A stretch of DNA of 38,972 nucleotides from a virus (taxonomy: Duplodnaviria > Caudoviricetes): IMG/VR virus record IMGVR_UViG_3300020138_000014, positions 1 to 38,972 of that record; one strand, given 5' to 3'. Of this stretch, positions 26,646 through 36,294 are shown piece after piece; positions within the stretch are counted from its first letter, which is position 1, and each line of letters begins with the position of its first letter. A model generated the notes under the pieces. That model had not been told where the DNA came from. It saw only the letters and a list, made by a program, of their open reading frames with translations, and did not search any database. The position numbers and the translations under genes are program-made.

Positions 26646-27259
26646 TTGGTCGCTGCCTGCAAGTGCTCTTTCGCGCGGGTTTCGGCGGCTAGCGCTTTGT
26701 CCGCATCACCCTCACGCTCCCAGGCAATCCGCATCGCCTCGTAGATTGCGTGAAACCGTCGGTGAGACGCCTCCGCTAACCGCTCGTCCGTTGCGCCTTG
26801 GTAGTCCTCAATCACCCTGGGTATCGTGTCCTCGATCAACCAGTCGAACTCCACGGCGGCTTCTGACATCCGCCCGGCTCGCTGCAGGTAGAGCGGTAAC
26901 CGCACCCACCAGTCCATTCCGACCTTTCTGTGGTGACCAATCTGGATGCCCAGATCCCGCTGCCGTCGGAGACAAGCGACCGCTTCATGAGGGGCCGATT
27001 GCCCCAACTTCGTGGCCAGTAGGCCAAGCAGGCGAATGTGCCGCTCGGCCGGCGTCCAATCAAAGCACGTGATACGGCTACCGTCGGGCGCGGTGCTTTC
27101 ATACTCGCGCCGCACCCAGCGGCGATGCTCATCCACCAGAGATTCAGTGCTGCGATCCCCGAAGGGGAGATCTTCAAATCTCGCGGCCGTCGCCACCGGA
27201 TCGCCGACCTCAACTGTAGAGGCCGGAGCACGGGCAACCAGGCCAACGCGCAGTCGCAC
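26633..27259 (-). CDS. Hypothetical helical accessory protein (start uncertain)
   Basis: Lower GC than flanks; RLPLYLQRAGRMSEA TPR-like segment; downstream of the repressor operon. Confidence 0.55.
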   Translation of the reverse strand: MRLRVGLVARAPASTVEVGDPVATAARFEDLPFGDRSTESLVDEHRRWVRREYESTAPDGSRITCFDWTPAERHIRLLGLLATKLGQSAPHEAVACLRRQRDLGIQIGHHRKVGMDWWVRLPLYLQRAGRMSEAAVEFDWLIEDTIPRVIEDYQGATDERLAEASHRRFHAIYEAMRIAWEREGDADKALAAETRAKEHLQAATNYLT

Positions 27260-27269
27260 GACCGTTCGC

Positions 27270-27800
27270 CTAGGACGCAGTGGGAACCAAGGCGAGGAAC
27301 CGCTCAAGCGCGCCACGCGCCTTCGTCGCCTTTCGGCCACCCGCGAACGTGGCGTCCACCAGACCGCCCGCGGTCGTCACCCGCACCTTGACGCTTTGCG
27401 CGGCAAGCATGGCCTGCGCGAGGTCCAGCGGTATCGAAAAATCCTTCGTCGAGAACCTCGCCACCGGCGCGCGCGCCCTGACGCCCAGGTTGCGGAAGGA
27501 CGTGGGCCGCGATGCCTCCAGCGGCTCCAGGACGTGCACCGCACCGTCGATGTTCAACGCCACGCTCTCGATGGCCACGTATTCGTTCACGACCTCGACG
27601 ACCAGCACGGCCTCGTCGGGATAGCTGCTGGTCCAGCGGGCGCCGAATGACGCGCACACCATGCGCATCCCGCAGTCGAGGCCGTGCGGGTCGATCCACA
27701 CGCGCTGCGCTCCATCGAACTCGTCAACGGCGGTCTTCGCCTTGGCGGCAATCGCCGGCCCGCTGGCCAGCGCGAACAGGACGGGCACGATCCACTTCAT
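27270..27800 (-). CDS. Exported protein coupled to the repressor gene
   Basis: Signal peptide MKWIVPVLFALASGPAIAA; ATGA overlap with the repressor stop. Confidence 0.75.
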   Translation of the reverse strand: MKWIVPVLFALASGPAIAAKAKTAVDEFDGAQRVWIDPHGLDCGMRMVCASFGARWTSSYPDEAVLVVEVVNEYVAIESVALNIDGAVHVLEPLEASRPTSFRNLGVRARAPVARFSTKDFSIPLDLAQAMLAAQSVKVRVTTAGGLVDATFAGGRKATKARGALERFLALVPTAS

Positions 27801-28219
27801 TTGCCTTTGCTCCTTGCCTTCTTGGGTAGTCGCTCGGCGACGTAGTTTTCGATGGTCTCGCATATCAGCGCGGAACTCTTGATCGCCACCCCGTACAGCA
27901 CGTCGCGGACGAACTCGCCTTCCCGCGGCGGCAGTTCGAGCGCCGATGCGGTCCGGCTTGTTTCCCCGAGCGCGTCCAGGCGTGACGCAAGTTCCACCTC
28001 GCCTTTGCTCTGGAAGATCGGGACTTCGCCCGTAGCCAGGTAGTGACCGCGCACCTGCAGCTTTTCGACCAGGGCCTTGGCCTCGTCGGGCGCCAGCTTC
28101 TTTACGCGGCCGGCCGTGAGGCTCTTCACGCGATCCAGTGACACGCCCAAGACGTCGGCCAGTTCGCGCTGGCTGAGCCCCTTGGCATCCATGATCGCTC
28201 GAACAAGTGAAGAAACCAC
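27797..28219 (-). CDS. Phage repressor (XRE-type HTH)
   Basis: GLSQRELADVLGVSLDRVKSLTAGRVKKL...YLATGE; divergent from the ner-like gene. Confidence 0.85.
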   Translation of the reverse strand: MVSSLVRAIMDAKGLSQRELADVLGVSLDRVKSLTAGRVKKLAPDEAKALVEKLQVRGHYLATGEVPIFQSKGEVELASRLDALGETSRTASALELPPREGEFVRDVLYGVAIKSSALICETIENYVAERLPKKARSKGK

Positions 28220-28268
28220 GCCTCACCCCTTGCAAGGTGGAAAAATCACACTTAGGATTGGTCCTAAG
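28207..28268 (+). promoter_or_regulatory. Early promoter and operators
   Basis: TTGCAA(28230)-17 bp-TAGGAT(28253); GTG-N7-CAC boxes at 28207-28219 and 28237-28249; CTTAGGA-N4-TCCTAAG palindrome at 28251-28268. Confidence 0.7.
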
Positions 28269-28320
28269 GCTCCGGGCATCCCCCCGGACCCAAGGCCCAA
28301 GATTCCGAAGGATACACGCC

Positions 28321-28527
28321 GTGACCACTCCCGCCCCGAGCCTCGATCTGGTCCGCCAGGTGCGTGCCGGCTTCACCCTCCAGGGCACCAGCCTCAAGCG
28401 CTGGTGCCGCGAGAACGGCATCCGCTTCAACAACGCCCGCGACGCCCTGATCGGCAGCTGGAACGGCCCGAAGGGCAAGGCCGTCCGCACCCGCATCGTC
28501 CGCGCCGCGAAGGTCGATGCGGCATGA
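28321..28527 (+). CDS. Ner/Cro-like DNA-binding protein
   Basis: VRAGFTLQGTSLKRWCRENG...LIGSWNGPKG. Confidence 0.8.
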   Translation: MTTPAPSLDLVRQVRAGFTLQGTSLKRWCRENGIRFNNARDALIGSWNGPKGKAVRTRIVRAAKVDAA

Positions 28528-28778
28528 CCGTGCTCTCGACCTACGCGCTGACCCAGTGCGACGTGCCCGCAGTGGACGCCCAGGAGTGGGCGCGGCTCAG
28601 CCACCGCCAGCGCGAGCAGCTGCGCGCCACCGGCTACCGCCACGTGCTGCCGGTCGACGGCCTGCAGCGGCACAACGCCGACCTGCCGGCGCCCGAATGG
28701 GTGCCCACGCAGGTGCAGCCCGGCAGCACCCCGCTGCCGATCTACCCGCAGCCCTTCCACCTGCCACCGGGGGCCTGA
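28524..28778 (+). CDS. Hypothetical early protein
   Basis: ATGA-coupled in the early operon. Confidence 0.6.
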   Translation: MTVLSTYALTQCDVPAVDAQEWARLSHRQREQLRATGYRHVLPVDGLQRHNADLPAPEWVPTQVQPGSTPLPIYPQPFHLPPGA

Positions 28779-28779
28779 C

Positions 28780-28875
28780 ATGACCGAACAGGATTACGCA
28801 CGCCACCTCCTGCGCCTGCTGCGCGAAGCCGCGGCCGCCGCGCCCGCCATCCCGACCGGGGACCACTGGGCATGA
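28780..28875 (+). CDS. Very small hypothetical protein
   Basis: MTEQDYARHLLRLLRE...; fills the operon gap with coupling. Confidence 0.45.
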   Translation: MTEQDYARHLLRLLREAAAAAPAIPTGDHWA

Positions 28876-29024
28876 CCGCGCGCCTGGCCACCCGCAATCT
28901 CCGCGCGCGGCTCAACCTCGCGCGCTTCGCCGCTGCCCCGGAACGGCGGGTCACCGGCAGCTTCGCCAAGGGCCGCGAGTTCGCGTTCTTCGTCCGCCAC
29001 GAGCGCGCGAGGTACTCGGCATGA
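28872..29024 (+). CDS. Small hypothetical protein
   Basis: MTARLATRNLRARLNL...; ATGA coupling at both ends. Confidence 0.55.
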   Translation: MTARLATRNLRARLNLARFAAAPERRVTGSFAKGREFAFFVRHERARYSA

Positions 29025-29239
29025 CCGCGCGCACCTACGCCGCCCTGGTGGCCCGCCGCCGCGTCGCCGAGGACGCCTACCTCGCCGCCACCTACCACCA
29101 CCTGCAGATCCCCCGCGACCGGGGCCACCGCGACGAGCGCATGGAGTGGGGCCTGATCCGATCGGCCTGCGCTCGCGAGCTGCAGGCGCTCAAGGGCCAG
29201 ATCACCCGCGCCGCCCGCGCCGAGGGACTCCGCCAGTGA
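29021..29239 (+). CDS. Hypothetical protein
   Basis: Coupled ORF in the early operon. Confidence 0.6.
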   Translation: MTARTYAALVARRRVAEDAYLAATYHHLQIPRDRGHRDERMEWGLIRSACARELQALKGQITRAARAEGLRQ

Positions 29240-29529
29240 GCCGGCAAAGCGTTTACGCCCGCCTGCTGTTCGGCCTGGCCGGCTCCAGCTATCGCGGCCT
29301 GCGCCTGGGCCAGTTGGCCGAGGGCATCGGCGAGTCCAGCCCCACCACCCTGCGCAACCTACAGCGCATGGAGGACGACGGCCTGGTCGAGCGCTCGCCG
29401 CACGACAAGGACAACTGGCGGCTGTCGCCGCGCGTCGTCCAGATCGCACACGCCCACGCCGCCGAAGTGGCCCGCGAGGAGCGGGCGCTGGCGGATTTCA
29501 CGAACCGCTACACCCGTAGCCCCGATTGA
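29236..29529 (+). CDS. IclR/MarR-like winged-HTH protein
   Basis: LGQLAEGIGESSPTTLRNLQRMEDDGLVER...WRLSPR. Confidence 0.75.
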   Translation: MSRQSVYARLLFGLAGSSYRGLRLGQLAEGIGESSPTTLRNLQRMEDDGLVERSPHDKDNWRLSPRVVQIAHAHAAEVAREERALADFTNRYTRSPD

Positions 29530-29543
29530 ACGAGGAGACACGC

Positions 29544-30446
29544 ATGGCATCGAACAAGGGCCGCAAGGCACTGGCGCCGGCCAAGATCAGCGGCGACCAG
29601 CTGGATGGGGACAAACTGGCCGCGCGCCACGGCGAGCTGGTGGCGATGAACGAGCACCAGAGCGCCATCGTCGACCAGTTCGGCGACGGCCTGCCCTGGC
29701 ACCCGGACCACTACGAGGCCGCGATCCGCAGCGAGCTGCGCCGCGGCGCTGACGCATTCCTGCGGGCCGGCAGCTATCTCGTGGTCGCCCGCGAGTGCGC
29801 CGGACACGGCGAATGGGCCGGCATGCTGCAGCGGATCGGGCTGGAACCGCGCAGCGCCCAGCGGATGATGGAGGCCGCCCGCCGGGTCCAGGCGCTGCCA
29901 AATGCGTCGGCGCCGACGCATTTGCTGGCAGCCGCCAAGAACCAGACCAAGCTGGTCGAGCTGCTCTCCCTGCCCGAGGAGCAGTTCACCGAGCTGGCCA
30001 CAACCGGCGAAACGGGCGACCTGACGCTCGATGACGTCGAGAGGATGACGTTCCGCGAACTCCGCGCCGCCGTCCGCGAGGCCCGCGCCGACCTGTCCGC
30101 CAAGGACGAGCGCATCGCCAAGCTGTCGGCGGACGTCGAGAAGGAGCACGAGAAGCTCACCAAGGCCCAGCGCAAGTGGAAGACCGCCACGCCGGACGAG
30201 CGCCAGACCACGCTGGAGCAGCGCGTCGTGCAGGCGAAGCTGGACATCCTGGCGCAGGTGGGCAGCCAGAAGGCCGGCCTTGCCGCCGCCTTCATCGACC
30301 TGGCCGAGCACTGCAACGAGAACGACCTCGACAGCAGTGCCTTCATGGGCGATGTGCTCGGCGAGCTGCTCAATGCGGTGCGCGAGGTGCGCGACGGCTA
30401 CGAGTACGGCTTCGCCATCCCCGTGGTCAACGACGCGGGGGCCTGA
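29544..30446 (+). CDS. DUF3102-like protein
   Basis: GSYLVVARE..GHGEW...AQRMM; DDVERMTFRELR; precedes the transposase in B3-like phages. Confidence 0.75.
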   Translation: MASNKGRKALAPAKISGDQLDGDKLAARHGELVAMNEHQSAIVDQFGDGLPWHPDHYEAAIRSELRRGADAFLRAGSYLVVARECAGHGEWAGMLQRIGLEPRSAQRMMEAARRVQALPNASAPTHLLAAAKNQTKLVELLSLPEEQFTELATTGETGDLTLDDVERMTFRELRAAVREARADLSAKDERIAKLSADVEKEHEKLTKAQRKWKTATPDERQTTLEQRVVQAKLDILAQVGSQKAGLAAAFIDLAEHCNENDLDSSAFMGDVLGELLNAVREVRDGYEYGFAIPVVNDAGA

Positions 30447-30450
30447 TGCC

Positions 30451-32256
30451 ATGCAGGGGGAGGCGCTACTCCAATCAGCCGCAGGGGAACTGCTGGCGGC
30501 CAAGCACGGCGAGAAGCGGCGCATCGTCGAGCAGCTGGCCGCGCAGCTGGGCGTCAGCGTGCCCACGGCCTTCCGCCGGCTGAGCACCATCACCGGCGCG
30601 GTCAAGCCGCGCAAGCGCCGCAGCGACGCCGGCGCCCTGGCGCTGAGCCGCGAGGAGGCGGTGGCCATCGCCGCCCTGGTGGAGGAAACCCGCCGGCTCA
30701 CCGGCACCGGCGCGCTGCCGGTGGAGGAGGCGGTGCAGATCCTCCGCGCCAACGGCCGCATCGGCGCGGCGCGCGTGGACCCGGAGACGGGCGAATGGCG
30801 CCCGCTCAGCGTGTCGTCGATCTGCCGCGCCATCCGCCATTACGGGCTGCACCGCGACCAGCTGTCGGCGCCGTCGCCGGCAGCGCGGCTGTCGTCGCCG
30901 CACCCGAACCACCTCTGGCAGATCGACGCCTCGGTGAGCCGCCAGTTCTACCTGGCCGACGACGGCACGCGCGTCATGCCGAAGGTCGAGTTCTACCGCG
31001 GCAAGCCCGGCAACTTCGCAAAGATCGCCGACCGGCGCCTGTGGCGCTACGCCTGCACCGACCACGCCAGCGGCTGCATCGAGGTGTTCTACGTGCAGGG
31101 CGCCGAGAGCAGCGCCAACCTGCTGTCCGCGCTGATCCACGCGATGACGCTGCGGCCCGACGGCACGATGCACGGCATCCCGAAGGCGCTGATGATGGAC
31201 CCGGGCAGCGCGGTGACCGCCGCCACCACCCGCAACTTCGTCGCCGCCGCCGGCATCGACCTGATCGTCAATGAAGTGGGCAACGCCCGCGCCAAGGGCC
31301 AGGTCGAGAGCGCCAACTACATCATCGAGACGCACTTCGAGGCCGCGCTGAAGCTGCGCGATCCGGTGACATCGCTCGAAGAGATCAACCGCCTGGCGCA
31401 GCAGTGGTCGCGCGCCTACAACGCCACCCGCATCCACAGCCGCACGCGCATGACGCGCCGCGACGGCTGGCTGCGCATCACGCCCGAGCAGCTGGTGCTG
31501 GCGCCGCCGGTGGACGTGCTGCGCCAGCTGGCCACCAGCGCGCCCAAGCCCTGCACCGTACGCGACTGCCTGATCCGCTTCCGCGGCAACGTCTACGACG
31601 TTCGCGGCGTGCCCGGCCTGGTCAACGGCCAGCGCGTGGCGGTGGTGCTCAACGCCCTGGACACGGAGGGCAGCGTGCGCGTGATCATGCCCGGTGAAGC
31701 CGACAGCAAGCCGGTGCACTACATCGCGCCGCGCGTCGGCCAGGATGACTGGGGATTCCTGCAGACCGCCGCGCAGGTCGGCGCCGAGTTCAAGTCGCTG
31801 CCGGAGACGCCGGCCGACGCCGCGCGCAAGGAGCTCGACCGCGTGGCGATGGAGGTCCAGAGCGACGCCGAGGCCGCGGCCGCGCGCAAGGCCAAGCGCC
31901 TGGCGTTCGGCGGCAAGGTCGACCCGATGAAGCACCTGCGCGAGGCGGTCATCGCGCCCGCGCTGCCGCGCGCCGGCACCGCCGCGCCGCTGCAGGCGCC
32001 CGAGGTGATCGCCGCGCAGCGCATCGAGCCCGCGCCCGTACGCGCCGAGATCCCGCCGCTCAACCACGTCGACGCCGCCATGCGCCTCAAGCCGCTGGTC
32101 GAGCGCAGCGGCGCCACCTGGTCGGGCGACATGTACCTGCGCACGGAGCAGCGCTGGCCCGATGGCGTGCCGGTGCACGAGATCGAGGCCTGGGCCGCCG
32201 AGCTGGCGATGCCTGCGCGCGGCGGCCTGCGCCTGGTCGATGGAGGTGCGGCATGA
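30451..32256 (+). CDS. DDE transposase (MuA/B3-type)
   Basis: RKRRSDAG, HPNHLWQIDAS, MDPGSA, NARAKGQVE. Confidence 0.93.
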   Translation: MQGEALLQSAAGELLAAKHGEKRRIVEQLAAQLGVSVPTAFRRLSTITGAVKPRKRRSDAGALALSREEAVAIAALVEETRRLTGTGALPVEEAVQILRANGRIGAARVDPETGEWRPLSVSSICRAIRHYGLHRDQLSAPSPAARLSSPHPNHLWQIDASVSRQFYLADDGTRVMPKVEFYRGKPGNFAKIADRRLWRYACTDHASGCIEVFYVQGAESSANLLSALIHAMTLRPDGTMHGIPKALMMDPGSAVTAATTRNFVAAAGIDLIVNEVGNARAKGQVESANYIIETHFEAALKLRDPVTSLEEINRLAQQWSRAYNATRIHSRTRMTRRDGWLRITPEQLVLAPPVDVLRQLATSAPKPCTVRDCLIRFRGNVYDVRGVPGLVNGQRVAVVLNALDTEGSVRVIMPGEADSKPVHYIAPRVGQDDWGFLQTAAQVGAEFKSLPETPADAARKELDRVAMEVQSDAEAAAARKAKRLAFGGKVDPMKHLREAVIAPALPRAGTAAPLQAPEVIAAQRIEPAPVRAEIPPLNHVDAAMRLKPLVERSGATWSGDMYLRTEQRWPDGVPVHEIEAWAAELAMPARGGLRLVDGGAA

Positions 32257-32402
32257 AGCGCACCCCCGAGCAGCGCGCAGCGATCGAGCGCGCCAAGAAG
32301 CCCGGCCGCAGCCCTTTCGGCGCGTGGCGCGGCGAGAACGGCCAGCGCGAACGCGACACCCAGCTGATCGTGCCGAAGCGGCACAGGCTGGTGCGCGCAT
32401 GA
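32253..32402 (+). CDS. Small basic protein between transposase A and B genes
   Basis: MKRTPEQRAAIERAKK...; ATGA-coupled on both sides. Confidence 0.55.
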   Translation: MKRTPEQRAAIERAKKPGRSPFGAWRGENGQRERDTQLIVPKRHRLVRA

Positions 32403-33523
32403 CCCTGCGCCTGAAATCCGTGATGACCGCCGCCGGCATCCGCCAGGGCGCGCTCGCCGATGCGGTCGGGATCAGCCGTTCCGCCCTCAACGTTTTCATC
32501 AACCGCGGCGTGCTGCCGGTCGGTGTCGACCGGGAAAAGTTCTACGCCGGTGTCGACGAATTCCTGCGGTCGCGACAAGCCGACTGTTCCACGTGGCACC
32601 AGGACGCCACCCCTGCCAACGACGAATCCAACGAGGACCCTGCCATGTTGCTCCGCAAGCAATCCCTCACGCCGCAGGCGCGGCGCGCGTTCTCCCTGCC
32701 GGCCGATCCGTTCGCCGATCCGGCGACGCCCGAGGAAGTATTCCTCAGCCCCGACATCCGCTACGTGCGCGAGAGCATGTACCAGGTGGCGCGCCACGGC
32801 GGCTTCCTGGCGGTGGTCGGCGAGAGCGGCGCCGGCAAGAGCACGCTGCGCGAGGAGCTGTCCGACCGCATCCGCCGCGACGAGCAGGCGGTGATCATGA
32901 TCGAGCCCTACGTGCTGGCCAGCGAGGGCACCGACCTCATCGGCAAGACCCTGCGCAGCCACCACATTGCCGAGGCCATCATGGCCGCCGTCGCGCCGCT
33001 GGCGAAGGCGAAAAGCAGCCCGGAGGCGCGCTTCCGCCAGCTGCACGAAGCGCTGCGCGACAGCGCCCGCGCCGGCCATTCGCACGTGTTGGTGATCGAG
33101 GAGGCGCACAGCCTGCCGCTGCCCACGCTCAAGCACCTCAAGCGCTTCCGCGAGCTGAAGGACGGCCTGCGCCCGCTGCTGTCGGTGATCCTGATCGGCC
33201 AGCCCGAACTCGCGGTCAAGCTGTCCGAGCACAACCCCGAGGTGCGCGAGGTGGTGCAGCGCATCGAGATCGTCACGCTGCCGCCGCTCGACAAGGAGCT
33301 CGACGGCTACCTCGCGCACCGCTTCAAGCGGCTGGGCGTGTCGCTGGATTCGGTGGTGACGCGCGACGCGATCGACGCGCTGCGCACCAAGCTCACGCCC
33401 ACGCGCAGCAGCGGCACGCTGCTGTACCCGCTCGCCGTGCACAACGCCCTGGCCGCCGCGATGAACCGCGCGGCGGACCTGGGCGTGCCGGTGGTCAACG
33501 CCGATGTCGTGCGGGGGGTGTGA
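32399..33523 (+). CDS. Transposition ATPase (MuB/ExeA-like) with N-terminal HTH
   Basis: GESGAGKS, VIEEAH, LIGQPEL. Confidence 0.92.
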   Translation: MTLRLKSVMTAAGIRQGALADAVGISRSALNVFINRGVLPVGVDREKFYAGVDEFLRSRQADCSTWHQDATPANDESNEDPAMLLRKQSLTPQARRAFSLPADPFADPATPEEVFLSPDIRYVRESMYQVARHGGFLAVVGESGAGKSTLREELSDRIRRDEQAVIMIEPYVLASEGTDLIGKTLRSHHIAEAIMAAVAPLAKAKSSPEARFRQLHEALRDSARAGHSHVLVIEEAHSLPLPTLKHLKRFRELKDGLRPLLSVILIGQPELAVKLSEHNPEVREVVQRIEIVTLPPLDKELDGYLAHRFKRLGVSLDSVVTRDAIDALRTKLTPTRSSGTLLYPLAVHNALAAAMNRAADLGVPVVNADVVRGV

Positions 33524-33927
33524 TGGCGGACCACTATCCCAGCTTCATCGAACCGACCGTGCGCGAAGCCGAGCGCATCGAGCGGGGGGGGGCGATCGTG
33601 CCGAATGAGATCGCCGCGCTCCTGCGCCACAACGCCGACCAGATCGCGGACCTGGCCGAGGCGCTGCGGCAGGAGCGCGAGTCGTTCAAGTGGGCCGAGC
33701 GCGACTGCAATGAAATGGTCACGCGCCTCAACCGCCTGTCCGACCACCTGCGGACCGGCATCGTCAGCGATGTCATGCGCAAGCTGGCCGACTATGCCGG
33801 CGGATTCGTGGATTTCGAGCGCGGGATCGGCTACGACGACCCGAACCACCCGCCGCCCGACCCGTTCCCGGATCCCGTGCCGGCGCCGGCTCCGCGACGC
33901 GCCCGGCGCAAGGGAGGGCGGAGGTGA
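33523..33927 (+). CDS. Hypothetical protein
   Basis: MADHYPSF...; coupled; contains a G9 tract. Confidence 0.6.
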   Translation: MADHYPSFIEPTVREAERIERGGAIVPNEIAALLRHNADQIADLAEALRQERESFKWAERDCNEMVTRLNRLSDHLRTGIVSDVMRKLADYAGGFVDFERGIGYDDPNHPPPDPFPDPVPAPAPRRARRKGGRR

Positions 33928-34130
33928 TGCCCGTGCCCACCATCCGCCATTGCCAGGGCATGAAGCGCAACCGCGACGAGCACTCGCGCCGCCACGCGCC
34001 CGACCGCGACGACCTCCCGGTACTGCCGCAGATCGACGCCGCCGCCGTGGGCGACAGCATCGCCGCGGTTATGCAGAGCGCGTTCGAAGCCTCCTGCCTC
34101 GACTCCGCCAGCGCCGAGGTCGCCGACTGA
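33927..34130 (+). CDS. Hypothetical protein
   Basis: GGAGG RBS; coupled. Confidence 0.55.
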   Translation: MPVPTIRHCQGMKRNRDEHSRRHAPDRDDLPVLPQIDAAAVGDSIAAVMQSAFEASCLDSASAEVAD

Positions 34131-34513
34131 TGCAGCTCGGCCTGCTGCCGCAGGATCTGACGCCCGAGGCGGTGCTCGACGCACTGCAGGTGCGGCGCGG
34201 CGCGGCCAACGGCATCACCGCGCGCGACCTGGTCTACGTGATCACGCAGCGCGTCAACGCCGCCGACGAACGCAGGCTGCGCGACATCATCGTCAAGCTG
34301 CGCAAGGACGGGCACCCGATCTGCGCGCATCCCGCCCTCGGCTACCACTGGGCATCCAATCCCGGCGAACTCGACCAGGCCTGCATGTTCCTGGTCCACC
34401 GCGCCATGACTTCCCTGCAGCAGGCCAGCGCGATGAAGCGTATCGCGCTGCCCGACCTGTACGGGCAACTCGGGCTCAACCCGCCCGCCGACCACGAGGA
34501 AACCCCGGAATGA
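34130..34513 (+). CDS. Winged-HTH protein
   Basis: ERRLRDIIVKLRKDGHPICAHPALGY. Confidence 0.75.
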   Translation: MQLGLLPQDLTPEAVLDALQVRRGAANGITARDLVYVITQRVNAADERRLRDIIVKLRKDGHPICAHPALGYHWASNPGELDQACMFLVHRAMTSLQQASAMKRIALPDLYGQLGLNPPADHEETPE

Positions 34514-34803
34514 ACGACGTCCCCTCCAGCGTGATGCCCGACCACCTGCAGCAGGCCACCGAAGCCGCGCGCCAGCTGGTCGCCGCCTCCGCCGCCATCA
34601 TCGCCATGTACGCCAACGGCCGCCGGCCGGTGCTGATCATCGACGCGCCGCCGCCCTTCGTCACCGGCTCGATCAAGCGCCGCACGCCCAACGCCCTGGG
34701 CGGCGTGACCGAGGTGTACGCGGCCAGCTTCCACGGCTGCCAGCTCGAATGGATGCGCGACATCCCCGGCACCGCGCAGGTGCAGGCGGTGGGTCATGCC
34801 TGA
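34510..34803 (+). CDS. Hypothetical protein
   Basis: Coupled; ASFHGCQLEW. Confidence 0.7.
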   Translation: MNDVPSSVMPDHLQQATEAARQLVAASAAIIAMYANGRRPVLIIDAPPPFVTGSIKRRTPNALGGVTEVYAASFHGCQLEWMRDIPGTAQVQAVGHA

Positions 34804-35023
34804 GCGCTACATCATCATTCCGGAGCACGCCGTGGTCGGCGTCGACGGCGCCTTCGAGGACGCCTACAGCGCCGCCGTGCAGGCCTCCCGCCGGGTCGAG
34901 AAAGACCGGGTGCCGCGCGTGGTCGTCCAGGTCATCGCACACGTGCGCGAGAGCCGGGTGCCGAAGGTCGACATCGTGGAGATCGCGCAGATCGCCCGTA
35001 TCGCGGGGGTGCACGATGGCTGA
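34796..35023 (+). CDS. Hypothetical protein
   Basis: Coupled ORF. Confidence 0.6.
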   Translation: MPERYIIIPEHAVVGVDGAFEDAYSAAVQASRRVEKDRVPRVVVQVIAHVRESRVPKVDIVEIAQIARIAGVHDG

Positions 35024-35438
35024 GCCCCGCATCGTCCAGATCCTGCGCGCTCACGGCGAATGGATGCCGAAGGCCGAGCTGCTCGATCGCTACTGCCAGA
35101 AGGGCGCCACGCGCTCCACCGCCTACAACGCGGTTTCCCTGGCGCTCGACAACGGCTGGATCATGCGCAGGGGCAAGCGCGGAGCCTACGCGTTCGCGAT
35201 GGCCGACGACGCGCCCAAGGTGGTCGGCGGATTCCGCTGCCCCCGCGGGCGCGTGAGGGCGGAAAGTGACAGCCCGGCCGAGCCTGCCAGGCCCTACGTC
35301 GGCCCGGCGTTCGATCGCGCGCAGCTCGCGCCCTCGGTCGGGCTGGTGTGCGATCCCGAGGTCATGCCGCCAGAGGTCGGCCGGATCATCGACTCGCTGC
35401 ACCGCCACTTCGACGCCCTGTTCATGGGCGTGGAGTAG
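35016..35438 (+). CDS. Winged-HTH-like hypothetical protein
   Basis: TRSTAYNAVSLALDNGWIMRRG. Confidence 0.6.
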   Translation: MAEPRIVQILRAHGEWMPKAELLDRYCQKGATRSTAYNAVSLALDNGWIMRRGKRGAYAFAMADDAPKVVGGFRCPRGRVRAESDSPAEPARPYVGPAFDRAQLAPSVGLVCDPEVMPPEVGRIIDSLHRHFDALFMGVE

Positions 35439-35443
35439 ACGTC

Positions 35444-35671
35444 GTGCCGCGCGAGCAGGGCCTCCCGCTGATTCTCGCCGCCATGCGGTTCGCGCTGTGG
35501 GCGGCGCAGCGGGAAAAGCCGCCCACGTGGCGCGAGGTGCAGGGCTTCCTCGGCTGCACGTCGAACAAGGCGCGCAAGTGGCGCCGCAACTACCTCAAGG
35601 CGAAGGCCCTCCCATTCCACCCACACCCGGCGGCAACCGGCACCACCAAGCAAACGGAGACAGCACCATGA
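35444..35671 (+). CDS. Small HTH-like protein
   Basis: GGAG RBS; PTWREVQGFLGCTSNKARKWR. Confidence 0.6.
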   Translation: MPREQGLPLILAAMRFALWAAQREKPPTWREVQGFLGCTSNKARKWRRNYLKAKALPFHPHPAATGTTKQTETAP

Positions 35672-36294
35672 CCACCAACTCAGTTCCCGCCGGCTACCGC
35701 CTCGACCCGCTGGGCCGCCTCGTGCCCGAGTCGCAGATCAAGGGCATCGACCTCGCGCGCGACGAGCTCGTGCGCGAGATCGTCGGCAAGGCCCGCGAGC
35801 TGGAGCAGGCGATCGGCAAGTTCAAGCGCCAGACCTTCGACGACATCGCCGCCTTCGTCGACCTCAGCGCCGAGCGTTACGGCGCGCGCCTGGGCGGCAA
35901 GAAGGGCAACGTCAGCCTGGTGTCGTTCGACGGCCGCTACAAGGTCTTGCGCGCGATGGCCGACAACATCGTCTTCGACGAGCGCCTGCAGGCGGCCAAG
36001 GCCCTGATCGACGAGTGCCTCAAGCAGTGGAGCGAGGGCGCGCCGGCCGAGCTGCAGACCATCGTGCAGGACGCCTTCCGCGTCGACCAGGAGGGCAACA
36101 TCCGCGTGCAGCAGGTGCTCTCGCTGCGCCGCCTGGAGATCACCGACGCCCGCTGGAAGCGCGCGATGGACGCCATCGGCGACGCCATCCAGGTGACCGG
36201 CAGCCGCAGCTACCTGCGCGTCTACGAGCGCGTCGGCGATTCCGACCGCTACCAGCAGCTGGGCCTCGACCTGTCGTCGGCGGGGGGTGCGTGA
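35668..36294 (+). CDS. DUF3164 family protein
   Basis: GRLVP...GGKKGNVSLVSFDG...FDERLQAAKALIDEC. Confidence 0.88.
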   Translation: MTTNSVPAGYRLDPLGRLVPESQIKGIDLARDELVREIVGKARELEQAIGKFKRQTFDDIAAFVDLSAERYGARLGGKKGNVSLVSFDGRYKVLRAMADNIVFDERLQAAKALIDECLKQWSEGAPAELQTIVQDAFRVDQEGNIRVQQVLSLRRLEITDARWKRAMDAIGDAIQVTGSRSYLRVYERVGDSDRYQQLGLDLSSAGGA

